From NCBI GenBank assembly GCA_949295025.1, contig CASFJK010000005.1:13235-77234 (forward strand): a stretch of DNA of 64,000 bases, in the 5' to 3' direction. This DNA comes from an uncultured Pseudomonadota bacterium (GTDB taxonomy: Bacteria > Pseudomonadota > Alphaproteobacteria > RF32 > CAG-239). The notes under the pieces are model-generated. The model ran no database searches and was not told where the DNA came from. It saw nothing but the letters and a program-made list of their open reading frames with translations. Shown here one piece after another: positions 20,965 through 30,604 of the stretch. Position numbers and translations under genes: made by a program. Each line of letters opens with the position of its first letter. The stretch's first letter is position 1.

Positions 20965-21861
20965 ATGATGGATAACAACAAAGACAATTGGCAAAGCCAA
21001 AAATCCGGTGCCTGTTGGCAAATTACCTTTGACAAAGAAGAAGAGTATAATGAAATTTTCACTAAGTTTTTAGAGGAATATTTCACCGTTGTCAGCTGCA
21101 ACTATAATGATGATGGAACCGAGCAATATGTAGCTTATCAAAACAACCACTTTGATGAGGAAGATTTTATCAATACGGCCAAACAAAGAAACATCATTCT
21201 CCCGCCTTATAAAAAAGAATATTTAGAAAGCCAAAACTGGCTTAAAGATTATGTAATTGAGTTTCCTCCGGTTGAGGTGGAAGACTTTTTAATCTATGGC
21301 ATTCATGAAAAGCAAGAACCAAAGACTGATAAATTAGCTTTAAAAATTTATGCTGCCACAGCTTTTGGCTCCAGCCACCCAACCACGCAAAGCTGCTTAA
21401 GAGCAATCAGCTGGCTCAATAAACAAAATGCCGAACATAAAAAGATTTTAGATATCGGCACCGGCTCTGGCATCTTGTCTTTAGCTGCAGCAAAATTATG
21501 GCAAGACTGCAAAATCATTGCCGTTGATATTGATGAAGAAGCCGTTTGGGTCACAAGACAAAACGCTCTGGATAATAATTTGCAAAACCAATTGGAAGTA
21601 GAAGTCAGTGACGGTTATCATTCTGAGCTGATTAAAAATAATGCTCCTTACGACATCATTTTCTCAAACATCTTAGCCCGCCCCTTAATTGAAATGGCTC
21701 CCGACTTATATAAAAGTTTGAAAAAAGGCGGCTATTGCATCTTATCCGGCTTTGTTGATGAGCAGGTAGATTGGGTTATCGGTGCTCATGAACAACAAGG
21801 CTTGAAGCTTGTTAAAATGTTTGAATTTGAAAACTGGCGCGCTGCTATACTGGAGAAATAA
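20965..21861 (+). CDS. prmA: Ribosomal protein L11 methyltransferase
   Basis: AFGSSHPTT, LDIGTGSGIL, DID, NILA, ILSG. Confidence 0.93.
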   Translation: MMDNNKDNWQSQKSGACWQITFDKEEEYNEIFTKFLEEYFTVVSCNYNDDGTEQYVAYQNNHFDEEDFINTAKQRNIILPPYKKEYLESQNWLKDYVIEFPPVEVEDFLIYGIHEKQEPKTDKLALKIYAATAFGSSHPTTQSCLRAISWLNKQNAEHKKILDIGTGSGILSLAAAKLWQDCKIIAVDIDEEAVWVTRQNALDNNLQNQLEVEVSDGYHSELIKNNAPYDIIFSNILARPLIEMAPDLYKSLKKGGYCILSGFVDEQVDWVIGAHEQQGLKLVKMFEFENWRAAILEK

Positions 21862-21862
21862 T

Positions 21863-23551
21863 ATGACATTACCGGAAATCCGTGCATACTTAAAAAAACA
21901 TAAAATTGATGCCTATTTTTTACCACGCAACAATATGTTTTTGGAAGAAGATATTTTAGAAGAAGAAAACGAAATTTTCTTTTTAACCGGATTTTCCGGC
22001 TCTGCCGCCTCATTAGTCATCTGCCAAGAGAAAACCTATCTTTTTACCGATGGCAGATATGAGCTACAATCCAAAATGGAAACAAATCCCAAAGAAGTGG
22101 AAATTATATGCTCTTCGGCTGATTTTCCTTATTTGTGGCTACAAAATCATTTTGAGAATGGTAAGTTTACTTTAATGTATAACCCTTGGACAATCTCCGC
22201 CGGAACCATTGCCAAATTTACCGATATGTTTCCCAAAGCCAAACTCGTTTGCGATGAAAAAAATTTATTTGGAAACAAGCTGAGCTCAAAAAAAACACAT
22301 GTATTTTCTTTGTCGGAAGAATACGCCGGTATCCGTGCCGAAGAAAAAATCAGTGAGATTATTCCAACCATCAAGCAAAACGGCTGCGATGCTTACCTTA
22401 TCACCTCTGCCAATGAGGTTTCTTGGTTGACAAACTTGCGCTCAGATACTTTGCCCGATTCGCCGATTTTAAGAGCCTTTGCTTTGGTCAAAAAAGACGG
22501 CTCCGTTACCTTGTTTGCTGATAACACCGATAAAGCCGATATTTTACCGATGAGTAAGCTTGAAAAAAGCTTAAAATCTGTCAAAAAAGGCAAGTTGGGT
22601 ATCGACAAAAAGAACTTGCCGCAAATGATTTGTGAAATTTTCGGAGAAAAAAATTTAGTTGATATCGGAGATATTATCAGAAGTAAACAAATCATCAAAA
22701 ACGAAGTTGAGCTCCAAGGCTATATTGAAGCTCACAAACAAGATGCAGTTGCCATGATAAAGTTTCTCTATTGGCTCGATAATAATTATAAAGGCAAAAC
22801 TGAATTAGATATTGTAGCAAAAGTTGATGCCTACCGCGCCGAAGATGATATGTTTATTTGTAAAAGTTTTGACACTATTGCCGCCACTGGTAGTAACGGC
22901 GCCATTGTTCACTATCACCCGAGCGAAAGCACCAATAAAGTATTGGAAAAAAACTCCGTATTGTTGTTAGACAGTGGTGGACATTATAAAAACGGCACCA
23001 CCGACATCACCCGAACCATAGCTTTAGGCATACCCAAACAAAAAGTGGTTGATGCCAACACCATCGTTTTAAAATCACATATTGCTCTGTCTTGTACAGT
23101 CTTCCCCAAAGGCACAACAGGTTTGGCACTAGATGCCATCTGCCGCAAAGAATTATGGCAAGAAAATATGGACTTCAAACACGGCACCGGACACGGCGTC
23201 GGCTTCATCTTGAATGTGCATGAAGCCCCGCGCATTTCCAATCAAGCAAAAAATTCGCATTTTTATAAAAATATGGTCACTTCAATCGAACCCGGATATT
23301 ATAAAGAAAATGAGTTTGGTATCCGCATTGAAAATCTATATTATACCAAAGAATGTGAAAATTCTGATTTGTTAAAATTTGAAGTTTTGACTTTAGTTCC
23401 TCTTGATAAACGCCTGATTAATAAATATCTCTTAAGTGAAGATGAGATAAAATGGGTTAATGAATATCACCAAAAAGTGTTGGAGACCATGAGCCCATAT
23501 TTGGATAACAAACATAAAGAGTGGTTGGAAGATGCCTGCGCACCGCTCTAA
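21863..23551 (+). CDS. Aminopeptidase P (M24B)
   Basis: LTGFSGS, TDGRY, GAIVHY, GTTDITRT, HGTGHGVG, VHE, EPGYY, GIRIEN. Confidence 0.95.
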   Translation: MTLPEIRAYLKKHKIDAYFLPRNNMFLEEDILEEENEIFFLTGFSGSAASLVICQEKTYLFTDGRYELQSKMETNPKEVEIICSSADFPYLWLQNHFENGKFTLMYNPWTISAGTIAKFTDMFPKAKLVCDEKNLFGNKLSSKKTHVFSLSEEYAGIRAEEKISEIIPTIKQNGCDAYLITSANEVSWLTNLRSDTLPDSPILRAFALVKKDGSVTLFADNTDKADILPMSKLEKSLKSVKKGKLGIDKKNLPQMICEIFGEKNLVDIGDIIRSKQIIKNEVELQGYIEAHKQDAVAMIKFLYWLDNNYKGKTELDIVAKVDAYRAEDDMFICKSFDTIAATGSNGAIVHYHPSESTNKVLEKNSVLLLDSGGHYKNGTTDITRTIALGIPKQKVVDANTIVLKSHIALSCTVFPKGTTGLALDAICRKELWQENMDFKHGTGHGVGFILNVHEAPRISNQAKNSHFYKNMVTSIEPGYYKENEFGIRIENLYYTKECENSDLLKFEVLTLVPLDKRLINKYLLSEDEIKWVNEYHQKVLETMSPYLDNKHKEWLEDACAPL

Positions 23552-23568
23552 AGACAAGGAAAAGTGAG

Positions 23569-24030
23569 ATGAAAAAAGTGATAGCTTCTGCAATTATTTT
23601 GGGCTTTGCCACAACATCTGCTTTGGCACAAGAACCGGTTTATGAAGGAGGTTATAACCCCAACCTCACTTTTGAACAATATGAACAACTGGAAAATCCC
23701 AAACCCGAGCAATCACAAATTTTCATTTTTACCAACGGCGAGCCCTGCTATGGCTGCGAGCAGACCATTAATTTGATAACCCAAATTTATAATGAAAATT
23801 ATCAAAATCTCTATCAGTTACAACAAATCAATTATCAAACCGATACCGAATATAATTATCAGCAAACATACAATTTGAGCCAGCCTTTGGAAATTGTGCT
23901 GGTCAAAAATCAATATGGTGAAAATTTAGGCTATCGTAAATTGGAAAATCTGCAATTTCAATATGACGATCCGGTCAGTTTTCAAGAAACTTTTATTACT
24001 GATGTAAATAGCTATTTGGGTGAAGAATAA
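23569..24030 (+). CDS. Secreted thioredoxin-like protein
   Basis: Signal peptide (ALA); IFIFT...PCYGC CxxC motif. Confidence 0.6.
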   Translation: MKKVIASAIILGFATTSALAQEPVYEGGYNPNLTFEQYEQLENPKPEQSQIFIFTNGEPCYGCEQTINLITQIYNENYQNLYQLQQINYQTDTEYNYQQTYNLSQPLEIVLVKNQYGENLGYRKLENLQFQYDDPVSFQETFITDVNSYLGEE

Positions 24031-24035
24031 CAAGC

Positions 24036-24515
24036 TTACTTTTTGCGATATGGCGTCAAACGAGGCAAAAATCTCGGCACGTTACGTTTATATTCAGCAT
24101 AATCTTTACCATAACGCTTGAATAACCCTTTCTCTTCGGAAAGTGGAAAATAAACGGCATTAATCGCAATAAAGATAAGCGCATAAATCAGCAACGCTTG
24201 CGATTGAAAAAACAATGCCTCTGCAAACAAAATGCAAAACACACCTGAGAGCATGGGGTTTCGCACATAAGCATAAGGACCTGTAACAATCAACTTATCA
24301 ATCGGGTCCCATGGTGCAGGCGTTCCTTTGCCCACAGCGGCAAACAAGCGCATTGTCCAAATAACCAGAAAAAAGCCCAAAGCCAATAAAAACAACATCA
24401 AGATAAATTTGAATGAAAGCTCCGGAGAAATGATGTCAAATTGGCAAAAATACAAAATCACCGCCGGAATGGTGACAAGCACATTAAAAGGCAAAATCAA
24501 AATAGCTTTGAGCAT
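24036..24515 (-). CDS. Isoprenylcysteine/phospholipid methyltransferase family membrane protein
   Basis: GKGTPAP, GPYAYVRNPM, EE..L..RYG..Y..Y...VPR. Confidence 0.9.
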   Translation of the reverse strand: MLKAILILPFNVLVTIPAVILYFCQFDIISPELSFKFILMLFLLALGFFLVIWTMRLFAAVGKGTPAPWDPIDKLIVTGPYAYVRNPMLSGVFCILFAEALFFQSQALLIYALIFIAINAVYFPLSEEKGLFKRYGKDYAEYKRNVPRFLPRLTPYRKK

Positions 24516-24624
24516 AGTTGTTCTCCTTAATAACGGCAGTATAAACTCCAAAGCTTAAAAATCAGTCAAAAAAAAAAGAGGATTTCATTACGAAATCCCC
24601 TTTTTTCTTTTATGGAAATATCTC

Positions 24625-25791
24625 TTACATTACGGCAAGAGATATTTTTTCAATCATTCCTTCCGTGCTCGGCACTGCCAATTTTTCGTGAATAAAACCA
24701 CACAGATTGGAAGCGCTGATACTTGTTTTCGGGATGCCGAATGTTGTTTCCACAAATCCGGCAACAGCATCGGCGAATTCCAAAATCACAGCTTCTGGAG
24801 CACCAAGGTAGAGTTCATCGACAACGATATATGCGCCCTCCATATCCTCTTTACCATAGAATTCGATATATGAACAAGCATATACGTCATCCGGCTTGGT
24901 GATATTTACCTGAGGGTTAGACATTGCAACCATCGCATCACCCCACTGCGGGATACAACCGATGAAGTCACCAAATAAGTGAACCCATACGTAACGCGCC
25001 GCCTTAGCGATAAAAATGGCGCGTCCTTGCTCATCAACTGAATGGAATTCATAACGAGCGAAGAACTCTTCGTTTTTCACGCCCCAGCTACCACCACCTG
25101 AGCAATACTCAACCTGCCAAACATCATCAGCAGCATATTCGGCTGCTTCGAATGCTCCATTGGTGTGTGCCATAATAAACTCACCTGTGTCTGCCTTGCG
25201 GGCATAAACCGGTTTCAGAGCATTTTTGATAGCAATAGAAGCGTTGCCGTCTTTGGCCATTTTGGCATAAGCGAGAGCCTTAAAATTTACGCCAACCACA
25301 AAGCAGCGATTTTTCTCGTTATAGAGCTCCCTCGGCACAGAAACCTGTTCCTGACCGTCAAAAGCAATATAATGAAGGCTTTCGTATGTTCCGTCGCTTT
25401 CGGCGGTGATGTAACCTAAACCATCGGCCTCCAACTCTTCCCGCTCATATTTTGAAGCAAGATAGAACTTGCGACCTTGTTTGTCATGCCACAAGATACC
25501 GGTCATCGGCACCATCTGGCAGACGATTTCACCGTTCTGATATGCAATGACGGGGTTCTCAGCCTTTTTCAAAGCCTTTGCGACCTTCTCGGGGTTAGAG
25601 GAATCAATCAACTTTGCCCAACGGCCGTTTCCGTCGGTGAAGAAAGATGATTTAACTTCCTTTCCACCTCTCACCACTACCGTCTTGCCTGTTTCGTCAA
25701 AAGTTACAAAGTTTTCACAATCTCTTAAGCCTCCTTTGACATTTACCAATGAATACTCGTAACCGGCACGGTCAAAAATTTTCTGTTCCAT
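24625..25791 (-). CDS. Hypothetical protein, possible PGDYG-like domain
   Basis: 388 aa ORF; PVYARKA...SWGVKNEEFFARYE. Confidence 0.7.
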   Translation of the reverse strand: MEQKIFDRAGYEYSLVNVKGGLRDCENFVTFDETGKTVVVRGGKEVKSSFFTDGNGRWAKLIDSSNPEKVAKALKKAENPVIAYQNGEIVCQMVPMTGILWHDKQGRKFYLASKYEREELEADGLGYITAESDGTYESLHYIAFDGQEQVSVPRELYNEKNRCFVVGVNFKALAYAKMAKDGNASIAIKNALKPVYARKADTGEFIMAHTNGAFEAAEYAADDVWQVEYCSGGGSWGVKNEEFFARYEFHSVDEQGRAIFIAKAARYVWVHLFGDFIGCIPQWGDAMVAMSNPQVNITKPDDVYACSYIEFYGKEDMEGAYIVVDELYLGAPEAVILEFADAVAGFVETTFGIPKTSISASNLCGFIHEKLAVPSTEGMIEKISLAVM

Positions 25792-25934
25792 AAATAAATT
25801 GTTTTTATACCCTTTCGGGCGTTAATAATAATGTTAATTCTTAAGTTATCAGCAAAGAATATATCACAATTTTCACCTTTCTGCAAGAGATTTTAGACAA
25901 AAAAAGAGCCCCGTATTTGTACGAGGCTTTTTTT

Positions 25935-26903
25935 CTAAATCTTTCTTGCCAGTTTTTTATGGTGCTGATAACCAAGATACCATTCATAAATCAGCAACAC
26001 GATGCTTGATAAAATCAGCGGCAAAACATAGTAGATGATTCGGTAAGCCAAGAGCGCACCAAACAAGTTTGCCATTTGGTCACTTCCTCCGGGGATGATG
26101 AACAAGAACAAACCTTCAAACACACCCAAACCACCGGGGACTTGGCTAAATACGCCCAAAACTTGGGCTATAATAAATACGCCGATAAACAAATCAAACG
26201 GAATATCTACAAAAGAAATGAGCACGGAATACAAAACCAAAGAAGCAAGCAAAATATCTGCCGCACCAAGAATGGTCTGCTCTAACGCTAATTTAAAGCT
26301 CGGCATATCAAATTCCACTTCTTTGATGATAAGCGGCTTCTTGTAAAACAAAGTTGCCCAAAAATAAGCTGCCAAACCAATTACGGCAACAATTGTCGTT
26401 ATAAGAGTGGTCATTTTAGAAGCTGAGCCTTCACCAAAAGCATGGTCCGGTGTTAAAAAATAGCCGATGATGATGAGCAAAAAGCAACCAAACAAATATG
26501 TAAAGCCAGAAAAAGTAACCATACGCAAAATGTCAGTAGCCTTAAAACGCCAACGTGTGTAAAAACGATATCTGACTGTTCCACCCGATACAATGGCATG
26601 TCCGGCATTATTGCTAACAGAAAAGCCGATAAATCCAACAAAAATCCATTTCCAAGCCGCGAGCTTTCTGCCAATATATTTCAGCGCCAAATAGTCATAT
26701 GAAGACAAAGCCACATATCCAAAAAATGAAGCAATGCAAGCATAAGTCAAATTTTCGGAAGGAATACTCAAAAGCGCATTTTTTATATCAGCCCAAGAAT
26801 ATTTTGAAAGCTGATTATAGAGCATATAAGCGGCAAAGGCAAAAAAGAACAAGCCAAGCCAAGAAATCATTTTTTTCAAAAATCTTTTGGTTTTTCCGGA
26901 CAT
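25935..26903 (-). CDS. Lysylphosphatidylglycerol synthase TM / MprF flippase-like protein
   Basis: YDYLA, SGGTVRYRFY, SQVPGGLGVFE, LLAYRIIYY. Confidence 0.9.
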   Translation of the reverse strand: MSGKTKRFLKKMISWLGLFFFAFAAYMLYNQLSKYSWADIKNALLSIPSENLTYACIASFFGYVALSSYDYLALKYIGRKLAAWKWIFVGFIGFSVSNNAGHAIVSGGTVRYRFYTRWRFKATDILRMVTFSGFTYLFGCFLLIIIGYFLTPDHAFGEGSASKMTTLITTIVAVIGLAAYFWATLFYKKPLIIKEVEFDMPSFKLALEQTILGAADILLASLVLYSVLISFVDIPFDLFIGVFIIAQVLGVFSQVPGGLGVFEGLFLFIIPGGSDQMANLFGALLAYRIIYYVLPLILSSIVLLIYEWYLGYQHHKKLARKI

Positions 26904-27013
26904 TTCACAAACTTCTCTTTAATTTTAACATTATTTAAAATATAGATAACACAACTCTTTAATTCAACTATAGTATTAAAGAAAAATTGTCCACAGAAAT
27001 CGACAAGCCCAAA

Positions 27014-28006
27014 TCACATTCCGATTCTTTGGTTAAGTTTCAACAAATCTATAATTGAAAAAATGCTGTAAAATTGGTTCACCACTTCACGCATTTTGCC
27101 ATATCTGGCGGTTGTGGTGAACAAAGAGGTTGTTTCAAACATATCTTTGGATGTCGGAACCAGAATAAAAAGCTGATTATTAAAAAAGCTAAATTCAATT
27201 TTGGTTCCGTGAAAGAGTTTTTTCACTTTCAAAATGCGTTCCATAAAAGCCGTTGTCAAAACATATCTGGCTTCCACCTGATTGTTGCTGAAAGTTTCAA
27301 AATATTTTTCAAAACGACTATCTTCTAAAGTAACCTTATCCAATTTTTGTTTTTTAGAATCAATTTGACATCTTGGGCGACACATCAAAAAATTAAACAT
27401 TCCCCAATCGGAACGCACCACCGTCTGCCCCGAAAAATCCTTATTCATATCCAAAACAATGATAACACCGTCAAACACGGTCTTTTCATATCTGCCTTTA
27501 TTTGTCCTTATTTCAAATGTCAATTTTTCATTAGATACCTGCATTTTCACGCCATGATAAGTTCCGGAAAAGAAATCATCAGCATATTGATTATCAAATT
27601 TTCCAATCAATCCGGACTGATGTAAAATCTCATGCCTTGTTGCAGAATGTGCAGAATAACGAAAATCTCCAAAAAAAGCCAAAATCTTATCCATGACCAT
27701 TTTTTTGGTCTTATCTTTATATGCAATAAACGGATAAGAAAGCGTTATTCCCATAACAATCAGATAAATTCCCCAAAACCATACAAACCAATCCTGCTCC
27801 AAAACACTCGGATGAATAACATGTATTTTAAAAAGAAAAATAACGATGAGAATACCCAAACAAAAAAGAATACACCACTTAAAAAAGAAATATAAATAAT
27901 CTCGTCGGATGGGCTCCAATGCCTCAAACTTATCCCCCAAATTTTGCCGATAATATTGCAAAAAATTTGCATGCAGGTCAGCCAATTCTTTATTGATTTT
28001 GCGCAT
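27014..28006 (-). CDS. DUF3137-like membrane protein
   Basis: Two TMs, LED..FEK.F, NQVEARYVLT..FMER. Confidence 0.85.
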   Translation of the reverse strand: MRKINKELADLHANFLQYYRQNLGDKFEALEPIRRDYLYFFFKWCILFCLGILIVIFLFKIHVIHPSVLEQDWFVWFWGIYLIVMGITLSYPFIAYKDKTKKMVMDKILAFFGDFRYSAHSATRHEILHQSGLIGKFDNQYADDFFSGTYHGVKMQVSNEKLTFEIRTNKGRYEKTVFDGVIIVLDMNKDFSGQTVVRSDWGMFNFLMCRPRCQIDSKKQKLDKVTLEDSRFEKYFETFSNNQVEARYVLTTAFMERILKVKKLFHGTKIEFSFFNNQLFILVPTSKDMFETTSLFTTTARYGKMREVVNQFYSIFSIIDLLKLNQRIGM

Positions 28007-28059
28007 TTTAATCTCCTTTTAGGGGAGATTAGAACACAACTTAATAAATTTATTCTTAA

Positions 28060-29916
28060 TTATTTTTTCGGAGCTAAGAAAAGCGCGCGCATGGCGTTAA
28101 GAATAGCAATCACGGCAACGCCCACATCGGCAAACACGGCTGCCCAAATTGAGGCATATCCCAAAGCACCTAAGCCCAAGATAATGAGTTTAACCCCAAT
28201 GGCAAAAACCACGTTTTGTCGAGCAATGGCAAGCGTACCGGAAGATATTTTCATAGCCGTGGCAATTTTAGAAGGCTCATCGGTCATAATCACCACATCT
28301 GCCGCTTCAATTGCCGCATCAGAACCAATGCCGCCCATGGCAATACCGACGTCAGAGCGTGCCAATACCGGCGCATCATTAATACCGTCACCCACATAAA
28401 GGAGTTGTCCGCCTCTTTCTTTGTTCGCTAAAATCTCTTCGAGTTGATTAACTTTATCAACCGGCAAAAGTTCGGCATAAACATTATCAATTCGCAGTTC
28501 TTCGGCAATTTTAAGGGCAATTTCTTTGCGGTCGCCGGTCAACATCACAGTACGGGCTACACCATTTTCTTTCAGGCTTTGCAAAGCATGTACCGCATCT
28601 TCTTTAATCTCATCGGCAATCACCAAATGCCCGATGTATTTACCTTCTTCGGCAACAAAAATCACCGTACCGATAGCATTGAGTTGCGGACATTCAATAT
28701 TGAGATTTTGCATCAACCTAACATTACCAACGGCAATATGCTTATTTTTCAGCTTCAAAGTCATGCCTTGTCCATAAACTTCTTGCAAATCGGCAACTTT
28801 TTTCTCATCAATCTTTTTGCCATATGCTTCTTTGATGGAAAGCGCAATCGGGTGGGTTGAAAAAGCCTCGGCATAAGCTGCAGTTTCCAAAACTTTTTCC
28901 GGATGTCCATTGGTGGCGTGAATATCCATCACCTTAAAGTTACCCTTAGTCAGAGTTCCGGTCTTATCAAAAACCACAATTTCGGCATTAGCCAAAGCCT
29001 CGAGATAGTTACTACCCTTGATTAAAATACCGGCCTTAGATGCGGCGCCCAATCCGCCAAAAAAGCTCAGCGGCACTGAAATCACCAGCGCACAAGGGCA
29101 AGAAATAACCAAGAATGTAATTGCGCGATAAAGCCAATCAGAAAAAGTTTCAGAAGCTATAAACATTGGCGGCAATATAGCCAGCAACACGGCCACAATC
29201 ACCACGGTCGGTGTATAATAACGCGCAAATCGGGTAATAAAGTTTTCCAAATTGGCTTTTTTTGAAGATGCGTTTTCCACCAAATCCAAAATTTTGGCAA
29301 CAGTAGAATTGGCAAATTCTTTACTGACTTTCACGGTCAAAACACCGGTCTGGTTAATGCAACCACTCACCACCTCATCGCCTTTTTCCACATCTCGTGG
29401 TAAAGATTCGCCGGTCAAAGCCGCCGTGTCTAAAGAAGAAAATCCTTCAATAATTTTACCATCCAGCGGAACACGTTCTCCGGGACGAATAACAATCAAA
29501 TCACCGACTTTCACTTCTTCCGGAGAAACTTTAACAATTTCCTCGCCTTTTTGCAAATTAGCATAATCAGGACGAATATCCATCAACTCGGCAATCGATT
29601 TTCGTGATTGATTAACCGCATAGCTTTGGAAAAATTCTCCTACTTGGTAGAATAGCATTACAGCGGCCGCCTCGGCAAAATCTTGCAAAGCAAAAGCACC
29701 GATTGTTGCCAAAGACATCAAGAAATTTTCATCAAAAATCTGCCCGTGAATAATATTTTTTCCGGCACGTTTTAATATCGGCAAACCTACGATTAAAAAG
29801 CTTATGACAAAAACACTTTTTTCATAAATATTGGGCAGAGGAGCCAACATCCCAACCATAAAAAAGATGAGTGCAATCAAAATAAGTTTAAGATTTCTCT
29901 TGAGCTTTTTTGTCAT
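28060..29916 (-). CDS. cadA: Cd/Zn-translocating P1B-type ATPase
   Basis: TGES, SCPCAL, DKTGT, HP, GDGINDAP. Confidence 0.95.
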   Translation of the reverse strand: MTKKLKRNLKLILIALIFFMVGMLAPLPNIYEKSVFVISFLIVGLPILKRAGKNIIHGQIFDENFLMSLATIGAFALQDFAEAAAVMLFYQVGEFFQSYAVNQSRKSIAELMDIRPDYANLQKGEEIVKVSPEEVKVGDLIVIRPGERVPLDGKIIEGFSSLDTAALTGESLPRDVEKGDEVVSGCINQTGVLTVKVSKEFANSTVAKILDLVENASSKKANLENFITRFARYYTPTVVIVAVLLAILPPMFIASETFSDWLYRAITFLVISCPCALVISVPLSFFGGLGAASKAGILIKGSNYLEALANAEIVVFDKTGTLTKGNFKVMDIHATNGHPEKVLETAAYAEAFSTHPIALSIKEAYGKKIDEKKVADLQEVYGQGMTLKLKNKHIAVGNVRLMQNLNIECPQLNAIGTVIFVAEEGKYIGHLVIADEIKEDAVHALQSLKENGVARTVMLTGDRKEIALKIAEELRIDNVYAELLPVDKVNQLEEILANKERGGQLLYVGDGINDAPVLARSDVGIAMGGIGSDAAIEAADVVIMTDEPSKIATAMKISSGTLAIARQNVVFAIGVKLIILGLGALGYASIWAAVFADVGVAVIAILNAMRALFLAPKK

Positions 29917-29930
29917 AAGTCCTTCTCCTA

Positions 29931-30149
29931 TCAGAAAATGATTTCGCAGTCGGGTTCAATTTTGTTTTTGACTTTTTCCACTTCTTTCAGCACGGAATCA
30001 ACTTTTTCATCTTCCACTTCAAGCACCAATTTTTGTGCCATAAAGTTAACCGATGCTTTAATCACACCCTCAATTTCATTAAAAGCAGTTTCGAGTTTGG
30101 CTGCACAATGCGCACAATCCAAATTCTCTAATTTATAAGTCTTTAACAT
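29931..30149 (-). CDS. Stand-alone heavy-metal-associated (HMA) domain protein
   Basis: LDCAHCAAK; start MLKTYK after GGAG. Confidence 0.9.
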   Translation of the reverse strand: MLKTYKLENLDCAHCAAKLETAFNEIEGVIKASVNFMAQKLVLEVEDEKVDSVLKEVEKVKNKIEPDCEIIF

Positions 30150-30164
30150 GGCTCTCTCCATTAA

Positions 30165-30238
30165 ACGATTAAACATACGTTTAATTGTATCACAAAAAAC
30201 AATCTTGTCAAGAACAATTAAACAATCATTTAATTGTT
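30165..30238 (-). promoter_or_regulatory. Sigma70 promoter flanked by two ArsR/SmtB-type operator palindromes
   Basis: TTGACA-16-TACAAT with extended TG on minus strand; inverted repeats at 30165-30188 and 30213-30238. Confidence 0.75.
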
Positions 30239-30583
30239 TATCGGACACTGAATATCAAAAATATCATCAATGGAGCGGTGTAAGAGTTGCGCTTGAGCCT
30301 CATCAGAGAGTTTATAATACATCTCTTTCCCCTCGCGACGGCTAGACAAGAGCCCTGCTTGTTTGAGCAAACGCAAATGATGAGAAACCGCTGGCGCACT
30401 CATATTGACGGCGCAGGCAATATCATTAACGCATTCCTCGCAATGGCACAAAAGCCACATAATTTTAAGGCGTGTCGGGTCGCTGATGAGTTGGAAAAGT
30501 GCCGAAACTTTTTCAAAATCTTTATTTTCGGGCATTTTTTCAATCATCTTTTCGGCATTTTGATTATGATTATGCAAATTCAA
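30230..30583 (-). CDS. ArsR/SmtB metalloregulator
   Basis: DPTRLKI, ECVNDIA, AVSHHLRLL, RREGK; TTG start after AAGGAG. Confidence 0.92.
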   Translation of the reverse strand: MNLHNHNQNAEKMIEKMPENKDFEKVSALFQLISDPTRLKIMWLLCHCEECVNDIACAVNMSAPAVSHHLRLLKQAGLLSSRREGKEMYYKLSDEAQAQLLHRSIDDIFDIQCPINN

Positions 30584-30604
30584 TTTTTTTCTCCTTAATT
30601 GAAC

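Noticed and set aside
25935..26903. MprF lacking its synthase domain, as a truncation
   Set aside because: Stand-alone flippase-like proteins of this size are a known family, and the gene ends at a terminator.
28060..30583. ArsR-HMA-CadA operon as a novel system
   Set aside because: Well-known arrangement; recorded as features only.
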